Below the pieces are notes generated by a model. That model was not told where the DNA came from and searched no databases. It saw nothing but the letters and a program-made list of their open reading frames with translations. Of a DNA stretch of 64,000 nucleotides, positions 1 through 10,100 are shown piece by piece. Both the position numbers and the translations under genes were made by a program. Every line of letters starts with the position of its first letter. Position 1 is the first letter of the stretch. This DNA is from Candidatus Hydrogenedentota bacterium (GTDB taxonomy: Bacteria > Hydrogenedentota > Hydrogenedentia > Hydrogenedentales > SLHB01). Where the stretch lies: assembly GCA_963745075.1 (NCBI GenBank), contig CAVUWV010000032.1:1-64000 (forward strand), given 5' to 3'.

Positions 1-2
1 CC

Positions 3-926
3 GCGCTCTTTCCGTCGGGATCGGTAACCGGCGCGCCCAAGGTGCGGACCATGGAAATCATTCGTGAAATCGAAATGGGTCCACGTGGCGCATACTGCGG
101 CGCTATCGGCTGGTGGGAACCGTCCGGCCGCGCCGCGTTCAACGTGGCTATCCGCACCGCGACGGTGGACACCGAAACCGGCGACGCGGAATACCCCGTG
201 GGCAGCGGAATTACGTGGGACTCTTCTCCCGACGGCGAATACGAGGAGTGTCTGGCCAAAGCGGCTGTACTGACTGCACAGCGTCCCGTATTTTCCCTGA
301 TAGAGTCTCTCCTTTATACCAATGAATACGTGTTGCTCGAACGGCATATGGAGCGGTTGGCGGTCAGCGCGCGGTATTTCGACTATCCCTGCAATGTGGA
401 AACGATCCGCCTGAAACTCGCCGAACTCGCGCCAACCCTGGGCGGCAGACCGCACAAAGTACGCGTGCTCGTGGATGCCAACGGCCGAGTCCGCATCGAA
501 TCCGGGCCTGCACCGCAAACGCGATGCGTGAAGCTAGGACTCGCCCGCGACCCGGTCGATCCGACGAATTTGTTCCTTTTCCACAAGACGACGCACCGCG
601 CTATATACGATGCAGCCCGCGCGTCGCGGCCGGATTGTGACGACGTGCTTCTGTGGAACGAACGCGACGAAATCACCGAAAGCACCACGGCCAACGTCGT
701 GGTCGAACGCGACGGACGGCTCGTGACGCCGCCGATCGCGTGCGGGCTGCTCGCCGGAACGTTTCGCGCCGAATTGTTGGCACGTGGCGAGATTCACGAG
801 GGCGTTGTCACAAAACATGATTTATCACGATGTAGCGCGATTCACCTGGTGAATTCCGTACGCCGTTGGATTCCGGTTACACTCGTGCCCGAATCCCAGT
901 TCGCGCCGGAAGGCGTTCATGTGTGA
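3..926 (+). CDS. pabB: Aminodeoxychorismate synthase component I fused to ADC lyase (aminotransferase class IV), 5'-truncated by the window edge
   Basis: Frame is open from nt 3 (ALFPSGSVTGAPKVR). Chorismate-binding motifs RGAYCGAIG, FNVAIRT, GSGITWDS, then class IV motifs HKTT, ESTTAN and GLLAGTFR. Confidence 0.9.
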   Translation, partial: ALFPSGSVTGAPKVRTMEIIREIEMGPRGAYCGAIGWWEPSGRAAFNVAIRTATVDTETGDAEYPVGSGITWDSSPDGEYEECLAKAAVLTAQRPVFSLIESLLYTNEYVLLERHMERLAVSARYFDYPCNVETIRLKLAELAPTLGGRPHKVRVLVDANGRVRIESGPAPQTRCVKLGLARDPVDPTNLFLFHKTTHRAIYDAARASRPDCDDVLLWNERDEITESTTANVVVERDGRLVTPPIACGLLAGTFRAELLARGEIHEGVVTKHDLSRCSAIHLVNSVRRWIPVTLVPESQFAPEGVHV

Positions 927-953
927 CGCACCAAAGCGATATTGGAGGGAACG

Positions 954-3227
954 ATGGGCTTATCGATGTTTGCGCTAGTGTTGGGTCAGATCGTGCATGC
1001 GGCGGGTGAGCCTGCAGCACCGTTGCCCAACACGGAACCTTTAACGATCACCGGTGAACCGGTTCAAGCCATGGTCGCCGGGATCGATGCGCATCTCATG
1101 GGTTTGCTCGATGCCAGCACGGCTAATCGCATTCGGTACTGGCACCGTGATTTCTCCTCGCCGGAGGCATATACCCAATCCGTCGAAGCCAACCGTCAAC
1201 ACCTGGCCCGAATTATCGGCGCGCACGAGGATCGCGATGCCGGAACCATGGAACTCGTCGCGACGACCGATCAACCTGCGTTGATTGCGGAATCGGACAC
1301 CTACCGCGTCTACGTCGTCCGCTGGCCGGTACTGCGCGGGATATATGGCGAGGGACTCCTGCTGGAACCGAAGGACGACGCCATCGCGAACGTCGTGGCT
1401 CTCCCCGACTGCGACTGGACGCCCGAAATGCTCGCGGGGTTGGCAGAAGGAGTTCCACCGAAAGCACCGTTTGCCCGCCGTCTCGCCGAAGGCGGGTGCC
1501 GCGTGATCGTGCCTACGTTGCTCGATCGTCGCGACACGTACTCGGGCAATCCGGGCATACGCATGACCAACCAGCCCCACCGGGAATTCGTATACCGCGC
1601 CGCGTACGAACTGGGCCGCCACGTCATCGGCTATGAAGTCCAGAAAGTGCGGGCCGCTATCGACTGGTTCGCGCGCGACCATGCCGACCAACCGGTGGGC
1701 GTGTTCGGCTACGGCGAAGGCGGACTGATCGCTTTCTATACAGCGGCGGTCGATACCCGTATCGACGCGGCCGTCGTGTCCGGTTATCTCAAACTGCGCA
1801 ACGACGTATGGAACGAGCCGATCTACCGGAACGTCTGGTCGCTGCTGGACGAGTTTGGTGATGCGGAGATCGCGAGTCTCGTCGCGCCGCGAACCTTGAT
1901 TGTCGAGGCCTCCGAACATCCAAACGTGGATGGCCCACCGGAACCGTCCAACGGGAGAACTGGTGCGGCACCGGGACGACTTGAAACGCCAACCTTCGAT
2001 GCCGTGAAAGAAGAAGTGGCCCGCGCGCAATCGCTCATTGCCGGGCTCGGCGACCCCGCGTGCATTCAACTCATCGGGTCGGGCGACGGCCTTCCGGGCA
2101 GAGCAGATTCCCTGACAGCCTTCCTGACGGCCTTTGGAGGTACTTCCGCCAACGCATCGTCTCCAAAGGTGACCGCGGCGCTCCCCGATGCGGACGCGCG
2201 AATGAAGCGTCAATTCGATCAGCTCATCGACGACACACAACACCTTATGCGTATCAGCCAGAAGGTCCGCGATGCATTCTGGAAGAAAGCCGATTACTCC
2301 TCCGCTGAAACCTGGGCGAAGAGTTGCGACTGGTACCGCGATTACTTCTCGAAAGAGGTTATCGGCGAATTGCCGCCTGCATCGGTACCTATCCGTCCAC
2401 GCACACGGCTGGTGTTCGATGAACCTGCCTACCGCGGGTACGAAGTGCAACTGGATGTCTACCCGGACGTCTTCGCATTCGGCATTCTGCTGGTTCCCAA
2501 GAACATCCCGGCGGGCGAGCGCCGGCCCGTGGTCGTGTGCCAACACGGGCTTGAAGGGAATGCCCATGAAGTGGCGGACCCGTCCGTCCAGAGCGATTAC
2601 TACCACCAGTTCGCATGCCGGTTGGCCGAACAGGGATTCGTGACTTACGCGCCGCAGAATCCGTATGTGGGCGGCGACGCATTTCGTGTCCTTCAGCGGA
2701 AAGCCAATCCGTTGAAATTGTCCCTGTTCTCGTTCATTGTGCGGCAACACGAGCGCACGCTCGAATGGCTCGGCCAGCAGCCATTCGTGGACCCCGAGCG
2801 CATCGCCTTTTACGGGCTCAGCTACGGCGGCAAGACGGCCATGCGCGTGCCCGCGATTTTGGACGGATACTGCCTGTCGATTTGTTCCGGCGATTTCAAC
2901 GAATGGATCAAGAAGAACGTGACGGTGGACTATCCCTTGAGCTACATGTTCACCGGCGAGTATGAGATGTACGAGTGGGACTTGGGCAGTACGTTTGACT
3001 ACGGCGAAATGGCCGCCCTGATCTTCCCGCGCCCCTTCATGGTCGAGCGCGGCCACCGCGACGGCGTGTCCTACGACGAATGGGTCGCCCACGAGTACGC
3101 CAAAGTCCGGCGCATGTACGACGAACTGGGTATGGGCGAGAAGACCCGAATCGAATTCTTCAACGGCCCCCACACCATCCACGGCGTCGGCACCTTCGCC
3201 TTCCTGCACGAACAGTTGGGATATTAA
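954..3227 (+). CDS. Secreted tandem alpha/beta hydrolase (dienelactone hydrolase/acetyl xylan esterase-like)
   Basis: GGAGGG RBS before the ATG at 954, signal-peptide-like N-terminus, two hydrolase repeats (GYGEGG; GLSYGG with a C-terminal H in GPHTI). Confidence 0.75.
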   Translation: MGLSMFALVLGQIVHAAGEPAAPLPNTEPLTITGEPVQAMVAGIDAHLMGLLDASTANRIRYWHRDFSSPEAYTQSVEANRQHLARIIGAHEDRDAGTMELVATTDQPALIAESDTYRVYVVRWPVLRGIYGEGLLLEPKDDAIANVVALPDCDWTPEMLAGLAEGVPPKAPFARRLAEGGCRVIVPTLLDRRDTYSGNPGIRMTNQPHREFVYRAAYELGRHVIGYEVQKVRAAIDWFARDHADQPVGVFGYGEGGLIAFYTAAVDTRIDAAVVSGYLKLRNDVWNEPIYRNVWSLLDEFGDAEIASLVAPRTLIVEASEHPNVDGPPEPSNGRTGAAPGRLETPTFDAVKEEVARAQSLIAGLGDPACIQLIGSGDGLPGRADSLTAFLTAFGGTSANASSPKVTAALPDADARMKRQFDQLIDDTQHLMRISQKVRDAFWKKADYSSAETWAKSCDWYRDYFSKEVIGELPPASVPIRPRTRLVFDEPAYRGYEVQLDVYPDVFAFGILLVPKNIPAGERRPVVVCQHGLEGNAHEVADPSVQSDYYHQFACRLAEQGFVTYAPQNPYVGGDAFRVLQRKANPLKLSLFSFIVRQHERTLEWLGQQPFVDPERIAFYGLSYGGKTAMRVPAILDGYCLSICSGDFNEWIKKNVTVDYPLSYMFTGEYEMYEWDLGSTFDYGEMAALIFPRPFMVERGHRDGVSYDEWVAHEYAKVRRMYDELGMGEKTRIEFFNGPHTIHGVGTFAFLHEQLGY

Positions 3228-4039
3228 CCCGTCGCAAAGAATCCGCGCAGCAGCGCGAGTAGCCGCTGAAGAATCGCCAGGAACAGAGCAATAATCCCCA
3301 TTGGATTCAGGCCGGAACCGCCCTTGTCGATCGTCACCTTCACCCGCGCGATGTTGTTGGTCTCATCCTTTTCCAGAATGGCGTTCCCCGCGTCCACCTC
3401 GGATTCCAGCCAGTATTCGCCGTTCGGCACGTCGGTGATATCGATCCATTGATCGGGAAGCGACTTGTCGTAGAGGTCTTCGTAGCCCACGGAAATCCCC
3501 TGGGTGCCCGAATCGCAGGTGCGGTACACCCCGGACGGGGGCGCGCCCGGCAAGTTCTTATCGTAGGGACGGCTGTCCAGCAAACAGAAGCTGGTCTTTT
3601 CGCCTCCCGCGACCACGTCCCCACTCCGTCATTCGGAAGAATCACTCCGCAACCGGTACCGGCACCAATCCTGAAAATGGATGTGGTGGTGGGACGGATG
3701 ATATTCGAAGAACCCCGCGTCCCGGTCGTAATACGAACCGTCCGACCGATGAATGCGTTGCTTGACCGGCTGTGTCTCCACGTCGCCGGTATCCTTGGGC
3801 GGAACGCCGAACACTTCCAACGGTCCTTCGCCGATGTTCGGCGTGGAATTGGACAACAGCAAATGGACCCGCCCCGGCTCCACATCGTGGACGATCTCGG
3901 TGTCCATCAACGTGGCCGGATTGGTAATAACATCCGGCAGCAGGTCCACCGGGTCCTGGGCGTTGGACGTCAGGGCGAAAAAGACCGTAGCGAACAAACC
4001 TACTCGTATGATTATGGTCACGTTTCTGCTACCTCGCAT
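3224..4039 (-). pseudogene. Lysyl oxidase-like protein interrupted by an in-frame TGA at 3629-3631 (probable compensating indels or sequencing error)
   Basis: ORFs 3629..4042 and 3224..3616 are in the same frame. Motifs YHPSHHHIHF, KTSFCLLD, QGISVGYEDLY, QWIDITDV and ILEKDETNN; N-terminal signal peptide and C-terminal TM helix. Confidence 0.8.
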
Positions 4040-4107
4040 CAATTAGGGGTGTCTGTCGGCGCGTGAACTTTAGCATAGAGCGCCGGATACACGCACTCGT
4101 AGTCTGC

Positions 4108-5643
4108 TTATGCAGGTCCTGCCCCCGGCGCAGCAGCCGCTCGGCGCGCTTCGACATGGGCCGGCAGCAGCCACAATGGGGTACGCGCAAACCGCGACAT
4201 GACGTGCTGGAGCAGCATCCCCGCGAGCACGACGAAAAAGGGGTCGGTCTCGAACCGGAACCGGCTGGTTTCGTTCAATTCCATGGTCGTGCCCACGATC
4301 GCCACATAGAGAACGTTCAAGCAGAGGTAGAAAATCACCAGCCGCTGCTCGCGAGTGAGCCGGTGTCGCGAACGACCAAATCCGAAGCTGCACCAGAGGC
4401 CATACGCCAGGACGAGCGGCAGTCCGAGCAAGAGAAACAGGTATTGATGATTCCCCCAGTCATGGTGTTCCAACAGCGGGTAGCGATCTTCCAAGGGAAA
4501 ATTCAACTCGCCGTACAGAACGCGGTCGTACGTACCGGCGAGCGGTTTAAGCAAAGGATAGTTCAACGAATCAGCAGCGCGGGAACTCCCTGGCGTGAAG
4601 TAATTGAGCCACGCCTGGAGCGTCGTGGCAACAAAAACCTTGGGAAAGTGAATCAAGCCATACACGGCGTCGCGGCAATAGGCGTCGGAAATCGCGAGTT
4701 GGGCGAGGTTGTTGTAGTTGATTTCACCCGTCGATTTTGTTTCTTCCCGAAGAACCGGCACCCCTTCAAAGCCTTTCACGTGCTGAAATTCTTCGGGATA
4801 TGACGACACGGCCTCAAACCGGTTCACCAGCGAAACGGGCGACAGGCGCCCCTCCTCCACCAATCGTGTTTTGTCGTCCCAGCGGAGGTTACCGATGGTT
4901 TTGATCCAGAGATTCTTGCCAGCGAACGAACATGTGGTGAACTCGCCGAAGAGCGCATAGTTCTTCGCATAAAAGCTCGTCAGCACCAGTGCGGGAATGA
5001 GGATCATCCACAGGACTTTCCGCCGGGGGGGCCGCACGACGATCAGAACGAACACAGCAACCATTGCGAAATATACGAGATGGTAAGTCGCCCGGATCCC
5101 GCCGAGCAGAACCAGGACGGAAAAGAACAGCCAGCCCGTCCTGGCAAAACCATCTCGCAAGTAACCGTCCAGCAACAGCGCGGAAAGTGCCAGCAACGCC
5201 GCGCAGGGGAAGGTATACGCCAACAAATGCTCGTAGAGGATAAAGGTAGGGCTGGCCATAAACACCGTGGCGATCAGGGTCGCCAGAAACCGCGACACGC
5301 CGAGCCGGGTTTGCAGATAGACGACGGTCACATACAGGCCGAACCCCAAGAGCAGATAGACCACATTGAAGGCCAAACCGTACGAATTGGGGAACCCCTT
5401 CAGGATTATGCCAAGGAAGAGATTGAAGAGCGGGGGCTGAATGTGAAGATACCAGCAGGTCTGGAGCAAGTGGGTTTTCAGGAGTTCGGGGTCCGCATAC
5501 TGCATGAAGACCCCGAGCGGCGTGGTGTCCATCCGAACGCCCAACGCATACAACATGGCGTGCGTTCCGGCAAAGAACACCGCCAACACCGCCACGAAGC
5601 GGCGCCTCGGCATGGTCTCGGACTCTGGTAATGGCTCGGTCAT
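4108..5643 (-). CDS. Polytopic membrane protein, GT-C (ArnT/PMT-like) fold candidate
   Basis: 511 aa, many TM segments, HIQPPLFN loop motif, a large soluble loop and a C-terminal RFRF motif. Confidence 0.55.
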   Translation of the reverse strand: MTEPLPESETMPRRRFVAVLAVFFAGTHAMLYALGVRMDTTPLGVFMQYADPELLKTHLLQTCWYLHIQPPLFNLFLGIILKGFPNSYGLAFNVVYLLLGFGLYVTVVYLQTRLGVSRFLATLIATVFMASPTFILYEHLLAYTFPCAALLALSALLLDGYLRDGFARTGWLFFSVLVLLGGIRATYHLVYFAMVAVFVLIVVRPPRRKVLWMILIPALVLTSFYAKNYALFGEFTTCSFAGKNLWIKTIGNLRWDDKTRLVEEGRLSPVSLVNRFEAVSSYPEEFQHVKGFEGVPVLREETKSTGEINYNNLAQLAISDAYCRDAVYGLIHFPKVFVATTLQAWLNYFTPGSSRAADSLNYPLLKPLAGTYDRVLYGELNFPLEDRYPLLEHHDWGNHQYLFLLLGLPLVLAYGLWCSFGFGRSRHRLTREQRLVIFYLCLNVLYVAIVGTTMELNETSRFRFETDPFFVVLAGMLLQHVMSRFARTPLWLLPAHVEARRAAAAPGAGPA

Positions 5644-5734
5644 ACCCGTTCACGGTAATGAACCGGGACGGAAAGATCGAGTAGAAAATGCAGGGAACCC
5701 GATTTTGTGGGATTCACGGCCGTTCAAATAACGG

Positions 5735-7150
5735 TCAGGGACCCATTTCCAGGAGCGTTCGGGAGATCTTTTCGACGGCGACGACGAAGGCCGCGGTTCG
5801 AAGGTCATTGACTTTTTTGCGCGTCGCGTAGACTTCCCGGATTTCCTGGTAGGCGCGCCGCATGGTGTCGTCGAGGCCCGAACGCACTAAATCGACTTCG
5901 TCGGCTCCATGAGTCAGCCGCGCCTTCAGCGAAGCCGGCGCCTCGGTGCCGGTCGTCTGCTCGATAAGCTGAATGACGTATTCCCCACGCATGGCGTCGA
6001 GCCGGTTCTCGATCCGCCCCAGGCGGATGTGTTGTAAGTTCTTGATCCACTCGAAGTAGGACACCGTCACGCCGCCTGCATTCAGGTACATATCGGGAAT
6101 GATGAATGCGCCGTTCTTCCGGAGAATCGCGTCCCCTTTGTACGTCACCGGACCGTTGGCAGCCTCGGCGACGACGTGCGCACGAATCCGGCCGGCGTTT
6201 TCGGCCGTGATTTGGCTCTCCATCGCAGCCGGAATCAGGATATCGCACTCCATTTCGAGGGCTTTGCGCCCGTCTTTAACGTATTTGCCCGCTTTACAGC
6301 CTTTGAGACCGCCATGCTCGCGGCGATGCCGGGCGACCGCTTCCACGTCCAGGCCTTTTTCATTGATGAGCACGCCGTCCCGTTCGATGATGGCGATGAT
6401 ACGCGCGTCGTCTTCCTCCTGCAGAAACTTGCTCGCGTGGTACCCCACGTTCCCGAGTCCCTGCACGACGACGCGCTTGCCCGCGAGATGCCCGTCCAGA
6501 CCCGCTTTTTTGAGGTCATCGGGGTGACGGAAGAATTCGCGCAGTCCGAATTGCACCCCCCTCCCCGTGGCTTCGTGACGGCCGGCGATGCCGCCCTGCG
6601 TAACGGGTTTGCCGGTCACGCACGCAATTGCGTTGATGTCGTCGGGATGTAGGCGGCGGTAGGTGTCCGCGATCCACGCCATCTCGCGGGGCCCCGTACC
6701 CATATCGGGCGCGGGGACATTCAAACTGGGACTGATATAGCCCTTTTTCGTCAACTCCATCGCGAACCGGCGCGTAATGCGCTCCAACTCGCGCTCGTCA
6801 AACTCCTTCGGGTTGATGGCCAGTGCGCCCTTCGAACCGCCGAAGGGCACATCGACCAGCGCGCACTTGTACGACATCAGCGCCGCGAGGGCCTCCACTT
6901 CAGCTTGGTCGGCGTGGGGCGCGAACCGAATCCCGCCTTTTGCGGGGAGCCGGTGTTCGCTATGGACTGCGCGCCACCCCGTGAAGACACGATAGCCATT
7001 CCGAAATCCCACCGGGAAACGCACTTTGTACACGTTGTTGCAGGTCTTGATTTGTTCGGAGAGGCCCGGAGGCAGGTTCATCGTTGCGACCGCGCGGTCG
7101 TACATGAGATTGACGTTCTCAAGAAAACTTAAGTCTTTGCTTCCAGCCAT
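5735..7150 (-). CDS. gdhA: Glu/Leu/Phe/Val dehydrogenase (glutamate dehydrogenase)
   Basis: KGGIRF, VPFGGSKG, PAPDMGT, GLGNVG, EAANGP and NAGGVTVSYFEW motifs. Confidence 0.93.
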   Translation of the reverse strand: MAGSKDLSFLENVNLMYDRAVATMNLPPGLSEQIKTCNNVYKVRFPVGFRNGYRVFTGWRAVHSEHRLPAKGGIRFAPHADQAEVEALAALMSYKCALVDVPFGGSKGALAINPKEFDERELERITRRFAMELTKKGYISPSLNVPAPDMGTGPREMAWIADTYRRLHPDDINAIACVTGKPVTQGGIAGRHEATGRGVQFGLREFFRHPDDLKKAGLDGHLAGKRVVVQGLGNVGYHASKFLQEEDDARIIAIIERDGVLINEKGLDVEAVARHRREHGGLKGCKAGKYVKDGRKALEMECDILIPAAMESQITAENAGRIRAHVVAEAANGPVTYKGDAILRKNGAFIIPDMYLNAGGVTVSYFEWIKNLQHIRLGRIENRLDAMRGEYVIQLIEQTTGTEAPASLKARLTHGADEVDLVRSGLDDTMRRAYQEIREVYATRKKVNDLRTAAFVVAVEKISRTLLEMGP

Positions 7151-7183
7151 GCGGTACCCCCGATTACCTCTCCCTGACGTTTG

Positions 7184-10100
7184 CTAACTCACAAGCCGAC
7201 GAAGCTCGATCGGCAGGTCCAACATCGCCCGGGCGTCGCCTTGCGCAGTACGCGCCAACACGTCGGCAATCGTCATCACCAGACCGGCCTCGGCATCGTC
7301 ATCGAAAATGGGGCGCAGCGTGTGGAGACGCCGTTCCATGCGCTGTGCTTCCGGGGGGGACATGGACATGCGGCCCCGGACCCAATAGATAAGCCCGTAC
7401 AGCAGCGTCGACCGATCGCGACCGAAGACGGCCGCGGCAACCTGCACAGTCGATTCCATCCCCGCCATGCGGTCGAACAACCCCGCGGCAAGAAGCACAC
7501 GTTCGGTGGCTCCCGTCTGTGTGGCGTTGAGAAGCGATTCCACGGCCTTAAGAATCGCGGGTTCATCCCCCGCTCGGCAGAGGAGCAAGGCATGTGTCAT
7601 CAGCGCGCGGGGATGTCCGGGGCGAATGCCAAGGGCGCGAGTGCAGGCGGCAAGTGCGTCGTCGTGTTGCCCCAACCGCTCCAGCAATGTCGCCTTGAAT
7701 ACTTGCGCATCTGCCGCCGATTCCCGCTCGCCGCATCGAACGGCCCGTCCGTATTGCTCGGTGACGAGATCGAGTGCCGCCATCGCTTCCGCGTACCGGC
7801 CCACGCGATCCAGGGCCGCCGCCCGGTTCAGCAGCGCCGCAGCCACCATCTCCGGGAACGCCACGGTATCGGTCTGCTCGACAAACGTATCAAACTGTGC
7901 TGCCGCGTCCTCAAAGCGTTCGAGCTTCAGCAGGGCAATGCCCTTGTTAATTCCGGTAATCGCCATGCATTCCTGCGCCGCGTCGCTGGTTCCACCTTGC
8001 TGCTGTAACGCCGACTCGGCGGTAGAAAGGGCGTCCCCAAACCGGCCCAGCGCAATCAGGGCAAATACACGCATGGCCTGCGCCTGGACTTGAATGTCGA
8101 ACGGTGCTTTGCCGGCATCTTCCGATTGCAGCCATTCGTCCAATTCCGACAGCGACGCCGCGTGGCGGTCGCGTGACCCCAGTTTCGCCGCCCCAAGAAC
8201 CGTTGCGAAAGACTTGTCCGTCGCGCCGATCAATTTCTCGATTTGCGGTTCAAGCTCCGGATTCAATTCCGTGGCGCAGTCGATCGCGAGACAGCGGGTA
8301 ACTTCGCGGCATGCCTGTTTCTCCACATAAGGGTTCGCTTCCGGATCGAGCGCGATGTACGCGGCCGGCGCTTCCAAGGTCGGCGTCGCTTCATGGGTCA
8401 CCTCGACGAACGCGTCATACCGAAAGGCCTCGGCCAGCGGGAACCCTTCATTTTCGCACCGGTACAACCGGTCCACCGCGCACCAACGCCGAATACCGCG
8501 CACCAGCAGGGGAAGCGTGTTGTCTCGGCCGTGTTTGAAATCCAACACGAACCGAATCAAGGGATCGTTCAATTCGTAACAGGTTTCCCGGCCCACCTGG
8601 GTGCGCGCTACGAATCCCCCCCGCAGTAACTCCTGGAGCTGCCGCGACACCGCCTGGGGCGTCAGAAACATGTATCGGGCCAACTCGGTGACATTCACGG
8701 CCCGGCCTTGATGCTCCGCGAGCGCTTGCAGGATTTTGGATTGCTGGGGCGCACATTCGCCGATCCGGCGCTCGTAGATCGGCGCCAGTTCGCCCCGCGT
8801 CATTTGGGTCACGGGTTCTTCGAGCGCACGGAATCCCTTTTCGGACAGGCACCGATCAAGCGACGCGAGGATCCGGCAGTTTCCGCCGCTCACGGCATGG
8901 ATGCTGCGGACCACGTGCCGGTGTCGTGGCTCGCGAATCGCGCCAGCCAAAATCCGGTCGCCTCGAGCGGAAGCGAAAGAGCAGAGCAACTCACCCACCG
9001 CATCGCCGTCCAATTCCGGCATCGGATAGACCCGGAAACGGTCCTTCAACCAGCCGTGCAATCGCACCGAATCGGGCCGCTCGGAACCCGGCGCACCCAT
9101 CAGGGTCACGTACGTTTCGTGTTCGAGAAACCGGCGAAGATTGTCCAGCGACGTTTTGTTCCACGTCCGGAAAACCGCGCCTAAATCGTCTGCGATGACA
9201 AAGGTGAGTTGATCGCTGAACCGTTCATGAAAGGCGGTCTTCAACGCGTCAAACCGTTTTTCCGATTCGACGCATTCCAGCCGTTCGCGCAACCGTTCGT
9301 TGGATTCGCCATTCGCGCGCATGCAGGCTAAGAGCAAATCGAACGGCGACTCGGCAGCCGGCTCTGCGCTCGGCAGATAGACGACCGTGCGAGGTCTTCC
9401 GCTGAGACCCAGACCTTTCGCGAGCCCTTTGGCAAGCATGGCCAAGGTGTGACTCTTGCCCGTCCCTGCGGCGCCGGTGACCAACACGTGCCGCGCGTTT
9501 CCCGATTGCACGCCCCGGGCCAGGTCTGTCCGTATGTCCGTAACGAGTTTGCGGTGCGGCGGACTGAGCGTGGAATCAAGCCAGTCGAAGGAACGCCCCG
9601 CCGGATCGAGGTAGTTCCTCGGATTTCCTTCCGCGAGTGGGCCGGTCACGACCGAGCGGGTTTGGGATTCCGTTCGCGCGGACTCGGAATTCCCGCCGGT
9701 GTCCAGTGCCGTGTTGTCCGCCAGCGAATCAAGGGAAAACGGAAACAATGCGGAGAAACCGCCGTTCGCAATGCGGTCGCCCGATCGCGCCGCCGAACGC
9801 TCCGCCGAGGGGCGCCGTTGGACTACTTCTTCGGAATCAAAGAGCGACAGGGATTCCTCAAGTATGGACGGTTCCGCGCGCTCGTCTCCGTCCATATCCT
9901 GCGTCGTTGGCAATACCGACACGGTTTCGGGCGTCCAGGTACGGTCCTGGAATCGCGCCATCCAGTACACGGTATTACGAATCGCCAGCGGCACGTTGCT
10001 ACACGCTTCCGCGACAGCTTGCGCCACAGCGTGAATGTCGCTACACGGCACTTGTTCGCCAAGCAGAAGGCAGCCGGCGAGATACCGCGCGTCCGGCGCC

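Noticed and set aside
1041..3209. 722-aa antisense ORF (likewise 24733..26397 -, 37300..38439 -, 17517..18587 +, 14857..16197 +)
   Set aside because: These are shadow ORFs opposite well-supported genes in GC-rich DNA and have no recognisable motifs.
3629..3631. Selenocysteine at the LOX TGA
   Set aside because: The position does not match a conserved Cys, I see no convincing SECIS stem, and the alternative frame gives a more plausible sequence. Not fully excluded.
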